Numbered from the stretch's first letter, positions 1 through 14,760 are shown. The stretch is 64,000 nucleotides of DNA from Octopus sinensis (GCF_006345805.1 NC_043012.1:48360001-48424000), one strand, 5' to 3'. The notes: generated from the letters alone by a model not told the origin. Numbers and translations: made by a program.

Positions 1-100
1 AAGAAAAAAATGGTTTCTAATCAATGTATCAATACCAACAGATGACAATTATCTACATAATTTACATTTGACGGATATTTGTCCTCATCTTAGTTGTTGC

Positions 101-145
101 TAATACATTTCGGCTGATATAGCCTCCGGCCTTCATCAGGTGTGT
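101..145 (-). ncRNA. Decayed minimal type I hammerhead ribozyme motif (extra-A variant)
   Basis: Minus strand reads ACACAC-CTGATGA-A-GGC-cggaggctatatca-GCC-GAA-ATGT-A. The 5' core and a 3-bp helix II are intact. Helix III is ATGT, probably ACGT after CpG decay, and the helix I partner is lost. Confidence 0.5.
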
Positions 146-224
146 GTCTTGGGAAACATTCGAACCCAACAAACTAATAAGAATAATTTCTAAACATGAC
201 CTTTACAAGAAAACAATGGATACA

Positions 225-1140
225 TAGATTGAAATCGTCAAACAAAAGCTACAACTGAAAACCAAACAACTGGCAAAATATAAAAGAACAAAAAAAAAAC
301 GCTCAGCATTCCATATACAAAACAGTTTGCAAGAAGAACAGAAAATATTCTACAGGGAACTGGGGGAAATACCTTTTTCTGACAACACCTCCTCCCCACC
401 AGCAAACTGAAGATTTTTGGAAAAAACATTTGGAGTAATACAAAGGAGTTTAATCAGAATGCACATTGGGTCAGGGACACAGAAGAGGCCAATGACCACC
501 TTAAATATCAAGAATAGCAGGATATAACAACTGTTGTTTCTGGCTGAAAAGGAATACCTAATAAGACTTGACAGACTAGGGCAATACATCCACTGGAATG
601 CTTGTAAATACTACAAAATGAAATCCCATGATAAGTGGTACAGGCACCATCAAGAGGATGTAGTAAATGGAGAGAGCGTCACCATCTTTTGGAACTTCCC
701 AATACAAATAGAGAGAAAAATTGACTCCAATCGACAAGACAGTGTGATCAAGGACTGCAACAGATGGACTTAATAGATATGTCTGTCCCACAAGATCAAA
801 ATGTTTCAACAAAGGAATACGAAAATCTTTCTCACTGAAAAGATCTGCAAATTGAAATGACAGAAATGTGGAAGGTTGGTACTATGATAATACAAGTAGT
901 AATCGGTGCATTAGGAATGATAAAGAACGGAGCTGAGAATTATATAAAGCAACTCCTTTGTAACTCCAATCTCCGGGAATTACAAAAGAGAACCTTGATG
1001 GATACAGCCCATCTACTAAGGAAAGCACTCTCTATCTAAAATGGAATAAATGTGGTGACGCATAGCAAAACAAAAGTGTCCTTGCTACTCTTGACCTCCG
1101 GAGGATGCCCGGTACTAAGGCAACTGAAACAAAGTTATAA
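225..1140 (+). mobile_element. Internally deleted, degraded RLE-type non-LTR retrotransposon (R4/Dong-like)
   Basis: Pre-RT segment (IEIVKQKLQLKTKQLAKYKR; KIFYRELGE; FWKK-IWSNTKEFNQNAHW) joins directly to the zinc-knuckle/RLE C-terminus (LAEKEYLIRLDRLGQYIHW, KWYRH, IFWNFPIQ, NRQDSVIKD, LIDMSVP, VVIGALGMI, LMDTAHLLRKALSI*). Frameshifts are present and no RT motifs lie between the two parts. Confidence 0.85.
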
Positions 1141-1158
1141 AGAAAGGAAAGCATTTAA

Positions 1159-1185
1159 AAGAAGAAGAAGAGAAGAAGAAGAAGA

Positions 1186-1219
<34 letters not shown>

Positions 1220-1270
1220 CGATGATGATGATGACGATGATGATGATGGTGATGATGATGATGATGATGA
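1159..1270. repeat. (GAA)n then (GAT)n microsatellite
   Basis: Direct inspection; lies between the two RLE LINE remnants. Confidence 0.95.
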
Positions 1271-1271
1271 G

Positions 1272-1575
1272 AAAATATGAAAACACAAATAGAGATAACT
1301 CGTATGTGGATCCTAAAAACAGAAACAAACCCTATAATAGGTGCGTTAGGTATACTTGAAAAAATTTATGACAAATACATAACAAAAACACCAGGACTTA
1401 CGAATGAGTATAACATACAGAAAATAGCACTACTAGGCACTGCACACATCCTACGTAAAACACTTTCAATACAGTGAAAATAAGAGTATCACAACAAACC
1501 ATAGCACATACCCAAGGGACAGAGCTGCGCTCGGTAGTGTAGTCAAAGCACGCGATAAAATAAGACCACCGATTA
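1272..1575 (+). mobile_element. 5'-truncated 3' end of a second R4/Dong-like RLE LINE with 3' UTR and (AAT)n tail
   Basis: ORF 1277-1477 (IEITRMWILKT..IIGALG..PGL..IQKIALLGTAHILRKTLSIQ*) matches the RLE C-terminus pattern. It is followed by a ~100-nt UTR that runs into (AAT)n. Confidence 0.85.
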
Positions 1576-1598
1576 ATAATAATAATAATAATAATAAT

Positions 1599-1634
<36 letters not shown>

Positions 1635-1680
1635 AATAATAATATAATAATAATAATAATAATAACAACAACAACAACAC
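1574..1680. repeat. (AAT)n/(AAC)n compound microsatellite
   Basis: Direct inspection. Confidence 0.95.
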
Positions 1681-2288
1681 CAGCAGCAGTATTGGTGATG
1701 GTGGTGGTTATGGTGGTGGAGATAAGTATATTTTAAAGAAAAAGAGTAAAATGTGCGAATAAAGAAAGAATATTCCGTTTATCCGTTGTTGTTAATCTAG
1801 TGTTTGCAGATCCACTACCATGATTACTAACATTTTAAGTTTGTTTTGTTGTTTTTAATAATTTTATAGCATTTTTTTTTCGGAATTCGTAAATGTGTTG
1901 TGAAAATTTTGAAATAAAGAATTCAATACACACACACATGCACGCATATGCACTCACTTAGACACATACGCTCACACACAGAGAAAAAGACACAATGACA
2001 GTGCATCAAATAATTCAGATGCCAGATTATGATAGAATCATCACTACCGTTTATCATTAGAGAGAACGGGTTAAAGTCTAAGATAATTCTAATTTATCTA
2101 AAGAATTTAGGCCATCGCCCGCAAACGACAGTGACTAGGTATCATGCATTATGCTTTTGCGAATTACTTCAGGTACCCATGTTGTCACGAAACACCTTCC
2201 TAGCACTCGTACATTTAGGTCAGTAGAATATCTATGATGTGACATTTCAAGGGGGATGATGGACTCGCCCGTACGAGTGTTCAACTTT

Positions 2289-2552
2289 TGGCAGAAAGAC
2301 CTGCACAAATGATTTGTTTATAGTGATGAAATGTTTGTAAAAGACAGAAAAATATTTTGTTGCTTTTTTTCTTTTTGGTCGTGTTGTGGTAGTTATTGTC
2401 GTTGTTCTTCTTCTTGTTGTTCTTGTTCTTGTTTAGTCCAAATGTAGTCCAATCCAGCAAATCTATTATCATTGGCCTACAGCTTTGAATACATTCTGCC
2501 AGAAGTTGGCAGAAATACCTGCACAGATGATTTGTTTATCGTGATGAAATGT
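2289..2552. repeat. Local duplication block: 46-bp direct repeats (2289-2334, 2507-2552) around a ~170-bp core recopied at 3294-3467
   Basis: TGGCAGAAA(G/T)ACCTGCACA(A/G)ATGATTTGTTTAT(A/C)GTGATGAAATGT occurs twice, 218 bp apart. The core aaatgtttgtaaaagac...cctacagctttgaata is repeated about 965 bp downstream. Confidence 0.85.
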
Positions 2553-2579
2553 ATATACTGTACATTAGCTCACGCTTTC

Positions 2580-2755
2580 CATCAAACCGACGTTGCATGA
2601 AGAGGGGCACTGTGTACCATGCGTCATATGTCGAAGTGATCATAGAGCAAGATGAGATGAAGTGTCTTGCTCAAGAACATAACGCACTTCCCTGTCTAAG
2701 AATTGATTCCACAATCTCGGGATTGTGGGTGCAACAGCTTAACCACAAGGCCTGA
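2580..2755 (-). mobile_element. Degenerate tRNA-derived SINE
   Basis: Minus strand has a GGCCTTGTGGTTAAG A-box-like head followed by TTCTTGAGCAAGACACTTCA, a CORE/Meta-type central motif. Confidence 0.6.
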
Positions 2756-4379
2756 CCCAAGGTTAATATGCCCCCTACCCCGTTAATTCGTTCTTTGATT
2801 TACTGTTCATCCAGTCTACTTCGGTGCAGTTACCCTCCACCAAATCTTATGAAATAGACTTTATTTGACTTGATGCTATGATGGGAGGCACTAGCTTAAG
2901 CTGGTGTATCACAATTCAGACAATTCAAAATAGTTTTCATTGAACAGAATGCCATTTATATGTGGCCGTTCTTGCCGTTCTTGTTGTTGCTGTTGCTGAT
3001 GGTGATGATGTTATTTATGTCCAAATCATTTCTGATCCAACAGCACTATAGTGAAAGGCATTTGAGTTATGTCCCCATGCCAACATATATTCTCAAAGAG
3101 TCTTTATGCTTGTTAAACATTACGCAATGATTTGGGGGAGATATTGTTGTTATGTCTAGCAAGTCAAGTAACCATATAGAGCTTCTGATATTTAATGTAA
3201 AAGTGAACTATTTTCCCATTAAAACAACTGCGTATCTTTACTGACTCTGGACATTCACGAAATTAATTAATTTTGGCGGAAAACATCGGAATAAAATGTT
3301 TGTAAAAGACGCAGAAAAATATTTTGTTGCTTTTTTTTCTTTTTGGTCGTGTTGTTGTGGTAGTTTTTGTTGTTGTTGTTCTTCTTGTTCTTGTTCTTGT
3401 TTAGTCCAAAGGTAGTCCTAATGCAGCAAATCTGTTATCATTGGCCTACAGCTTTGAATATATTCTGTAACCATCACGCCATTTCGTAGCCGTAATATAT
3501 CTCGCACTATAATATCGTTTACGACATTTTTTTAAGATGGCATAGGGAAATTTGAAAGGAATTTAGCTGTTATTTCTAATAGATTGAGTGACATTATACT
3601 AGGAACCTGTTTGAGATCATAAAACACATATTTTCAAGAAGCTTCGTTTAGCCCTAGGTTACTGATGCTTCCAGGCTTACAAGATTATGATCCAAAATGT
3701 CACGCCCATGAACCTCTCAAAACATATTCCAGATATTTAAAACTACATTATTCGACGCGTCTTTTGTTCAATGGACTCCTGTATAATCCACAAGAAATTG
3801 TTTGTTGGTTTTTTTTTTCAAGAAGGGGAAATTCTAAACGCAACGATGTGGTTAGAATTGTGTAATGATAAAGAAAATACGGACGCAAAGACAATGAGCA
3901 TCCGACTATGGTTTGTCTTTCTTTCAATTTTAATTTCAACAACTACATATTGACCAGCTGTAAATCCCCACTTCTCTCACTTTCTCTCTCTCCAATATCA
4001 ACAACATCCATCATTAATTGGCTTGTTTTGCAGTGTATTTTCTACACAGATGTTATTTTTTTTTAAATAGCTGTATCTGTTTAAAGAATTTTCATGTTAA
4101 GCATTCATTTTCTTTATTTTTTGACAACAAAAGCTATTTCTCATACATCAATCATTAATTGTTAATTGATATTATTTTTGTTGTTATTGCTGTTGTTATC
4201 GATGCCATTATTGTGCTAGTTGGTTTAAAATTAAGTTTCAATACCTTGTTTCCATCTGACAATTTCTAAAAATCTAATTAACAGCAGTTTAAATTAGCAT
4301 GGTACATATTACTTCTTTCGGGCTTCATGTTTTATTATTTTTTACTGCAAGTCGTGTTTCTTTTAAGGGTGGAGAGTAA

Positions 4380-4418
4380 AATAATAATAATAATAATATA
4401 ATAATAATAATAATAATA

Positions 4419-4516
<98 letters not shown>

Positions 4517-4588
4517 AAGAAGAAGAAGAAGAAGAAGAAGAAGAGCCGCAACAACAACAGTAAAAATTATTATTATCATTATTATTAA

Positions 4589-4637
<49 letters not shown>

Positions 4638-4703
4638 GTTAGTATTATATTATTATTATTGTTAGTATTATTATTATTATTGTTAGTATTATTATTATTA
4701 TTA

Positions 4704-4748
<45 letters not shown>

Positions 4749-4772
4749 GTTAGTATTATTATTATTATTGTT

Positions 4773-4859
<87 letters not shown>

Positions 4860-4886
4860 GTTAGTATTATTATTATTATTATTGTT

Positions 4887-4967
<81 letters not shown>

Positions 4968-4970
4968 TAT
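4380..4970. repeat. Compound microsatellite: (AAT)n-(AAG)n-(AAC)n, then an opposite-polarity (ATT)n array with recurrent GTTAGT interruptions
   Basis: Direct inspection; accounts for the poly-I/L/N ORFs at 4325-5040. Confidence 0.95.
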
Positions 4971-7900
4971 TGCCAATATTGGACGTGTCTTTTGCGAGTT
5001 CGTTTGTTTAATAAAGTATAGGATTACTTTACGAGTGTGAACGTTGTGTGTCGTGTTTGTGCGAGGAGTCTTTCGTGTGTTTATGTTGATTTTCTTTTGT
5101 TTTTACTTCCTTTGTGTGATGAAAACTACTTAGCATTTTAAATTGTTGGCCGTCAGACACTTTTTAAAACATGTAATATTTGTAAACATAAAATCTACCG
5201 AGGTGGCAGAAGGAGAAGGCTACAATAAATATGGCAGCAACAATTACATCACTCAAAGAAATAACAGAAAATTTGTTTTTTAAACAAAAAGAGACAAGTT
5301 ATTAAAAGAAAATAACCTTCACACAAACATATATACTTTACAAAAACAAAGGCATTCCTACATTATCACACACAAGATGAAATTTTACCAATAGATTTAT
5401 GAAGGCAGCCACCGACAAAACATAGTGGACAAGACATAGGTCGGCTTCTGCAGAAAGGATTGACTAAAGAGAGTTATATTGCCATGTTGGGGCCCGTAAA
5501 ATACATTGGGGAATAGGCAAGATGAAAAATATTTGCAGGTAATAGGTTAGAAGGTCCAGGTGATACGTGGAACAATGTAGTTTCCATTATCCAAGTCAAG
5601 GAGTGTTAGATTTATGTGTACTTGTTCTTCAGGCGATTAAGCGCGATGAAGATGCTATGAAACGAGAAGCGTCGTCAGTATATAAGCTATCATGTAACTA
5701 TAGTTTTCTTCATCAGGAATATCTCCACTACATGCAACAACTTTTGAACTTCTACCATTATCACTAGCAACACTAACCATACCATATTTACTGTAGCCAG
5801 CGCGACTACATTGGCAGTTACACCAAAAATATAAAATTCAGAAAGAACATTATGTTCAGGTCGCTTTGCAACATCTGTGAAAATGACTAAAAAAATTTCT
5901 TTCTATTGACCTAACAGAAATCAAAACCTTATCTGAAGAGAGGATAGGAGCGCCACTTTTGCTTTTCAAAGATCTTCGAGAGAAAAGTAAGAATAGACAT
6001 TTCATTGGCATAACCATACTTTCGATAAATGGTCACCAAGTAGAAAATGGCCTCAAGAGAAGAAGAATTTTAGAGGAATATGGAGTGACATCAACTTTGT
6101 CACGTATACTCTTGACTGAGATCAGCTTGAAAGCAAGACCGCTTCTTTAATGGTTTCAGGTAGCTAGATACAGATGCGGTCACCAGCAGCATGACCAGGA
6201 TTTCCGGAAACGCGCACAGACACCGATCTTTTACGAATACAAGTTGTATACATCTTGTGGTTGGCCCAGAATTTGACAATGGTTTGTAGAATTGTTTCGA
6301 AAGGCCTGAATCTCTCGGCAATGGCAATTGGTGACTAGATGATACTCGATAAGAGCACTATCGAAGACAGTTCAGAATTGTGGCGGCATTCCTCCTAATT
6401 GTAATAGCGTGATTAGATTTCATCAGTCGTCTAAACGCGTCAGCAACTGGACAGGTTCTTAAGTGCTAGTAATCGATTGGATTACCATTTTAAATCCACA
6501 CTTAAATTATGTGAGTTAACCAATAGGAAACGTGTACGCAAAAGCACGGTCACATCTGTTTGACAAATATGGACTTGATTTTCAAGAATTCATCTCTGTA
6601 AACACTGAACAACAGCATTATTGTATTTCTTAGTCCATCTGAATGGAATTCTCCAGGGTGTCCACAATTTGATTTGATCAATGTCACAAACCATGAATTT
6701 GATCTACATAACTGCCTGAAAAATGTAAATGCATAAACAGAAACACAGCTATTGGAAGCTGAATCTGTTGTTCTCTGAGAGCAAGTGGGCTATGGGTTAC
6801 TTTCAGAAATCTCTGGTTTGCGCATATCTAATCCAGATACCCGCAGAGCTACGAAATGTTTGTACATGTAGAGACCCTGTATCCGAGCACTGCTGATTTG
6901 TGGAGCTTTTATTTTTGCAGGTAAGACGAATTAACATATTGGCCGAGTCCATGGTGACGGTCACCTTGCTGCCTTCATCCTGTTGCAAAATATAGTCCAA
7001 TTTCCACTCTCTCTGGAGGCCGTGGCGAAAGAAGTTGTATGGGGAACTTGACTAAAATGATTAAAGGTAAACACTTTCATCATTAGTCGAAACACTCATC
7101 ATATTTCTCAAGTTACAATTGAAGCGGAATCTAATGATAGGCATGAAAATACTTCTCTCCAGAAAATTTGTTAAAATGTGAAGAGAGTAGCAGCTATGAA
7201 CCGAAGGAAATATTCACAACATGGTCCTGTTAGCTGGAGAATGAGAGTTGTGCGAAGAACTTTGACAGTTAGCATAATTCAGAGATGTAGAGATCTTTCA
7301 GTAAATCTATAAGTGGCTATCCTACTCTAAAGACATAATTCATTTGTCATTTTGTAAACTGTGCATATTTTCAGTTACTTTTTACTTTTCGAAATCGACA
7401 CATTTTTGTAACATCTTCAAGTAATAGCTTCCCACGCTTCGTCCATAAAGAAAATAAACGAAATTCTTATTATCATTATTGTTCTTGTTGTTGTTACTAC
7501 TGCTACTATTTCTACTACTACTACTGCAAGAGTTTTGCCTTTAGAATACGCGATCTGACTCGCTTGCAGAATTTTATATTTTCTCATTGGAGTGCCGCCT
7601 ACAGTAGCTCTTTCATTTTTCTCCGTTCTGACATTAAAAAATCCGTGAGAGTTTTGGGTTCTATTGTTTCGTAACTGAAGGAAAAAGCTGTTCAATGTAA
7701 CTTTGATTGCTGGCCGAACGTCTTTTGTATTTCTTTGATTAAGTTTAACAAATCGTCTTCATTAGTGTTGGTCAGAGAAGTCAACTCAATATGGTGATAA
7801 CATCCGCATCCAGAAAAAAAATGTCTTCTTCTTCATCTTAATAATATTTCTTTATGACTTGCAAGAAAAAATAAAGTAGATGCTTTGTGTAATGAATCCC

Positions 7901-8770
7901 AAAATATGATGAACAAAGACAAGGACGATTATAGCAATGAACATTAAATCTTAACACAAGCTTCTGTATTGAGAGTGACATTATCAGAAGTAACCATAAC
8001 ATTGGCAAAAGTGACCGAAACAATATTAACCGGGATATTAATAAAGGGACAACTTCAACTACTAACTCATTAACCACTATCACAATTGATTTTAATGTTT
8101 TGAACTTTCCCCTAATGCAGCAAAACAAAGAGAACAAAATCGGCCAAGATACGTCATCAAAACAGTGCCTTCTCATCGTAGGAGTTCGCAAAAATGCGGC
8201 ACAGAGAACAATGACGCATTTGTTTCTCAAAAGAAAAGAGATCTCTCTGAATACAGGGAAGGTTTCGGAAATGCCTTCAATATTATGAGCGTAATCACCT
8301 GGATGTGAACAGAACTATGGGGTCATCGACCTGCGAAGAAAGTAAGAGTAAGGATGATATAGTAGTCGACAATTATATCTAGTTCAGTGACACACAGACT
8401 GGTCTCAGAATATTTAGGACGATTTAATATGTAAGTTCGTTAGAGACACACAAAACGAGGTAGAACCATGTTATTTGTGACGTTGAAACTAAAAGGCCAA
8501 ACGCTGAGACCGCAATTGAGAAGCGTTGGTTAGAGACTTGTTTCTACTTTTAAGTAGCGACGAGGCCTTAATGGTCACAGAGTTATCTAAAATATACAAA
8601 CCATCCAGAATTTGAATCGAAAGGCACAGATTTCAAGTCCTGTGCATTCACATAAACCACCTTCGTACTATGTGCCAAAATCAACAACATGATAGAAAGT
8701 AGCAGACTGCACACACCCCAGAAGCTGAAGAAGATGTCACTACAACTAAATCATTGTTCCCCTCCTTGAC

Positions 8771-8840
8771 GACGATCAGAATAGAAACGAGCAGAGTCGC
8801 TTCATGACGATCAGAATAGAAACGAGCAGAGTCGCTTCAT
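8771..8840. repeat. Perfect 2x35-bp tandem duplication
   Basis: GACGATCAGAATAGAAACGAGCAGAGTCGCTTCAT at 8771-8805 and 8806-8840. Confidence 0.95.
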
Positions 8841-9064
8841 CCGCAGTGTCATCAAGACCAGGAACAGACTGGCGGGAAACTGGATACGGAGGATCTTCTA
8901 CTCATCCAGCACTTTTATCATTGCGCGAATGAGTTACAATTATTTTCATGTTTTTATGTACCAACATGTAATTCTTTTCTGTCATGTTTTCTCACACATC
9001 CGTTTATTCCACATACATGCATACTTACATACATATATGCACATACACATATACACACATACAC

Positions 9065-9272
9065 ATGTATGTATGTATTATGTATGCATGTATGTGTGTA
9101 GGTATATAGGTAGGTAGGTATGTATGTATGTATGTAGGTAGGTAGGTAGGTAGGTAGGTAGGTAGGTAAGTAGGTAGATAGGTAGGTAGGTAGGTAGGTA
9201 GGTAGGTAGGTAGGTAGGTAGGTAGGTAGGTAAGTAGGTAGGTAGGTAGGTAGGTAAGTAGGTAGGTAGGTT
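9065..9272. repeat. (TATG)n/(TAGG)n tetranucleotide array
   Basis: Direct inspection. Confidence 0.95.
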
Positions 9273-9344
9273 GGTCTGTATTGATAAATCACTCGTGTAT
9301 ATAATACGGTCAAACAAAATGCCTTCCGTCATTTTTACGTCTCC

Positions 9345-9580
9345 TTTCCATTGTGAGTTTAAATCCCAACGAGATCGAAATTGTTTTCCATTCTTCCGGG
9401 GTCGGTAAAAGTTCTTATCGTTATTTTGACCATTTTCCCGTTCTGAATCCAAGTTCTACCTTTCATCCCTCGGGGTCGATGAAAAAAGTACCAGTTGAGC
9501 ATTGTAGCAATCGACTATGCCCTACCCCAAAATTTCAGGCTTTGTGCCTATTGTAGAAAGGATTACTATTATTACGGAGA
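9345..9580 (+). mobile_element. Degenerate SINE family A copies (central domain duplicated)
   Basis: Contains TTTCATCCCTCGGGGTCGATGAAAAAAGTACCAG and the GGCTTTGTGCCTATTGTAGAAAGG tail followed by ATT repeats. Confidence 0.7.
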
Positions 9581-9771
9581 TGTACTTGCATAGCAAGTGA
9601 CCTGATCTGAGATCGTGTGTTGGAACGAAAACAATTGCAGCGTGGAACGTGTTTATCAGCCATTTAAGAAACACACAAAAACCGTCAACATTTAAATTTA
9701 ATTTGTCAAAATATTGTCGTAGCTTTGAGACCACGACCTGTTCACTGAAAAAATTCCGTGCTGCATCATCA

Positions 9772-9823
<52 letters not shown>

Positions 9824-9910
9824 CATTATTATCATCATCATCATCATCATCATCATCATAATCATCATCATTATTATTATTATTATCATCATTATCAGTA
9901 TGATTATTAA

Positions 9911-10120
9911 GGTGGCGAGCTGGCAGAATCGTCAGCATGGCGGGCAATATGCTTAGCGGCATTCCGTCAGTCCTTAGGTTTCCGTTCAAATTATGCCGAA
10001 GTTGACTTAAACTTTCATCCTTTCGGGTTTGATGAAATAAGCACGGGCTGAGTACTGGGGTCGATGTAATCAACTATCCCCACCCAGCAACTTCCAGGCC
10101 TTGTGCCTATAGTAGAAAAG
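9911..10120 (+). mobile_element. SINE family A, full length (GGCGGCGAGCTGGCAGAA head; CATCCTTTCGGGGTCGAT-type central domain)
   Basis: Aligns by eye with copies at 13975-14207 and 53422-53653; ends in (ATT)n. Confidence 0.85.
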
Positions 10121-10137
10121 ATTATTATTATTATAAA

Positions 10138-10377
10138 GGCTTTGAGCTGACAGAAACGTCAACACGCCGGGCGAAATGCTTGGCGGTATTTCGTCTGTCT
10201 TTACATTCTGAGCTCAAATTGCACCGAGGTCGTTCTGAATTCAAATTCCGCCGAGGTCGACTTTGCGCCTTTCATCATTCCGGGGGCTATAAAATAAGTA
10301 CCAGTTGAACACTGGGTCGATGTAACCAACTTATGTACTTCCCTGAAAGAATTGGTATTGTGCCAAAATTTGAAACC
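10138..10377 (+). mobile_element. SINE family A, full length, with an internal ~28-bp duplication
   Basis: Same head and central domain; the TTCTGAGCTCAAATT..CCGAGGTCG segment is duplicated; followed by a long (ATT)n tail. Confidence 0.85.
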
Positions 10378-10446
<69 letters not shown>

Positions 10447-10447
10447 G

Positions 10448-10494
<47 letters not shown>

Positions 10495-10516
10495 CTTATT
10501 ATTATTATTATTAACA

Positions 10517-10559
<43 letters not shown>

Positions 10560-10625
10560 ATTATTATTATTATCATTATTATTATTATTATTATTATTAT
10601 CATCATCATCATTATTATTATTACT
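10378..10625. repeat. (ATT)n/(ATC)n microsatellite
   Basis: Direct inspection. Confidence 0.95.
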
Positions 10626-11104
10626 ACATAATTTATCATTTCTGAATGTTCAACCAAGCATTATGATGTGTTTTCTGTGGTGTATAATTGATATAATATG
10701 TAGCCAGATCTCTGCCAGGGAATAGTGATCTACCCCGGCGTATATGTACGTGTGCCCATATTTTTAGTTCCAACTATGTTAGTCAGTACCACCTACGAAC
10801 AGAATTTCTGTTACCACGTTTGTTGCTAAGGCATTCGTTTTTGACTTCTTGTATGATGCTGTTTTGTCTGTATACGTGTGTGAGTAGGTTAGTGTTTTCT
10901 TGTTTGTTTCTTGTTGTTGTTTTTAATATTGTTTGTTTATTATTATTGTTATTGTTATTTTGTTATTTGTTTCAGCTTTGCTTCTTCTTTTTTTCTGTGC
11001 AGTCTTTCATTTCACTTAGAAAAACAAATTTTCTGCTGAAAACAAAATAAATACACACTTTTAGCACGAAACGGAATATTTGAGCAGGAATGTACTTTAT
11101 CATG

Positions 11105-12192
<1,088 letters not shown>

Positions 12193-12383
12193 TATACAAT
12201 TGGTGCAGTTGCAATAAAAGTAACAACATGGTTACAGAGCTAGGTGTAAAAAGTTTGTTTTAGAACTACGCTGGTCGGGTTCGATCCCACTCCAACTTTT
12301 TGAGACATATCACTTCACACTATGGCCTCCGTTTGAGTATATGCGGTATTTGGCAGATGTTATCTCACGTACCTACCTACATA

Positions 12384-12457
<74 letters not shown>

Positions 12458-12651
12458 ATAGTGTATGAAATATACACGAAGAGAAAACCATTATGTGGAT
12501 TTCTTACATACTAAAATTGACAGTCAAAGCCGAAAACTATGAAAGAATATCCTTACATTGTACGCGAGCAAGACATTTGGGTGAATAAACTATAGTATAC
12601 CTTATAAGTTTTGCTATTACGGTCCAAGTAAATCAACTAATAAGATAATTA

Positions 12652-12712
<61 letters not shown>

Positions 12713-12801
12713 TACACACATGTAGAGAGAGAGAGATAAAACTTACTTAGAAATGAATTCGTGGCGTTCAATCATACATTAATATAAATGATATATATAT
12801 A

Positions 12802-12889
<88 letters not shown>

Positions 12890-13974
12890 GTTGTTGTATT
12901 TGGGGTTGATCATGTTGCCTGTTTAGCCAATAAAAACACACGCACTATATATTTGGTGTTAATTTGCTTCAGCTTTATTTTATTTTTTACATTAATCGTA
13001 TTTCGCCCAGAGTTCTTTCGTCACACTTCTGTGACCTCATCAGTGGTCCTTTGCTTTCTTCTTTCTTATTTGTGTGTCTTTCCTTACTCACGATCAGCCA
13101 TTTTGTATTCCTATTGTATATGTCTTTATTTGCGCATGCGTATACCCCTATGTGTGTCTATGCTTAGTAAGTGCGTGTGTGTGGGGAAGTGCCTGTATTA
13201 TCTGTATCCCCTGTTTATACACGTTCGTTTAATTATTTTTATTTATTTTGTTCATGTGTTTATACCTACTTATTATTTTTTCTATTTTCTTTGTTTTGTA
13301 TTTAATTTAATTTAATTTTGTCAACTTATATAGTTATTTAATTCCATTTGTTTATCTGCGTATTATATTTTATTCATATTGTTATCAGTTTATGGGGATT
13401 TTATTCTGTCATGTGTTATGGTGTGTTGGGGGTGTGTGCTAGTGTTCCATTCTAGTTTCCTATTCAAGTTAATGTTTTCTTCTATTATGTGTGTAGATTT
13501 TGTAATTTGTCTAAGCGTTGCGTCTGTTCTATGTGTGGAGAAGATTTAAACTTCTATGTTGTTGAGTGAGCCCCCGTGTTCCTGCTCGGAGTGCTATTAA
13601 ATCAGATAAAATTAAATATGAAGGATGAAGAACTTATTTACGAGGTCAATTCGAAAATTTCTCTGTAAACAAATATTGTATGTTAGGATGAAATTGAAGA
13701 AAGTTGGAAGAAGGCTTTAATGTTTCAGACCTAGGCTCCATCTGATTGAGAGACGCTTGTTCTTCCTTCGCATTTTTCTCACTCCTCCTTTATCGTTTCC
13801 GTACGGGAGCGTAGTATCGAAAGTTCAACATAAAGCAAGTGTTACGCATAAGGAAAATTGAAGCAAATGCGTTTCCATGTAACCGAGGCGTGAAAATACT
13901 TCTAAATTGTTTCATTGGAGAAGTGTCGGTAGCAATATATCTGTCCCAACATGGCTGCATTCCAATGGGTGAAA

Positions 13975-14207
13975 CCTATTTCTTTACTACCCACAAGAGA
14001 CTAAACACAGAGAGGACAAACAAAGACAGACAAACGGATTAAGTCGATTATATCGACCCTAGTGCGTAACTGGTACTTAATTTATCGACGCCGAAATGAT
14101 GAAAGGCAAAGTAGATCTCGGCGGAATTTGAACTCAGAACATGAAGACAGATGAAATACCGCTAAGCATCTCGCCCGGCGTGAAAACGTTTCTGCCAGCT
14201 CGCCGCC
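13975..14207 (-). mobile_element. SINE family A, full length, with the CTTGTGGGTAGTAAAGAAATAGG tail variant
   Basis: Highly similar to 53422-53653 over its whole length. Confidence 0.9.
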
Positions 14208-14621
14208 TTCCAATGAGTGAAACCTGTAACAGAAAATATCAACAATAGCAGGAATAGACACAACAAGAACAGAAACAAAAGCAATAATAAGAAGAAAATA
14301 ACAATAGGAAAACAACAAACAAACAACAACAACAATAACCAAAACAACACCGGAAGCAGCCAGCAGCAACAATAAAAACAAAACGAAAGCACCAACAATG
14401 AACTAAAAAAAACAATAATTTCTTAGATTCTTCCACATTGATCTTCTTGATTTAACATCTTTATCTCTATTCTCTCTGTTTCTATATTTATTTCTCTATT
14501 CCCCTCCTCTTCGCTCTCTCCCTCTCTCTCTCTCTTTCACATTTGTGTGTGTAGATGCATGTATATTATACATGCTTATATATATGCTTATATGCGTATA
14601 TATACATATGCATACATATGT

Positions 14622-14653
<32 letters not shown>

Positions 14654-14710
14654 ATACACATATATTATAAAGCATGTATATATATATTATATATATATAT
14701 TTATATAATC

Positions 14711-14760
<50 letters not shown>

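Noticed and set aside
8771-8840. 35-bp direct repeat as a CRISPR-like unit
   Set aside because: Two adjacent copies with no spacer in a eukaryotic context; a simple tandem duplication.
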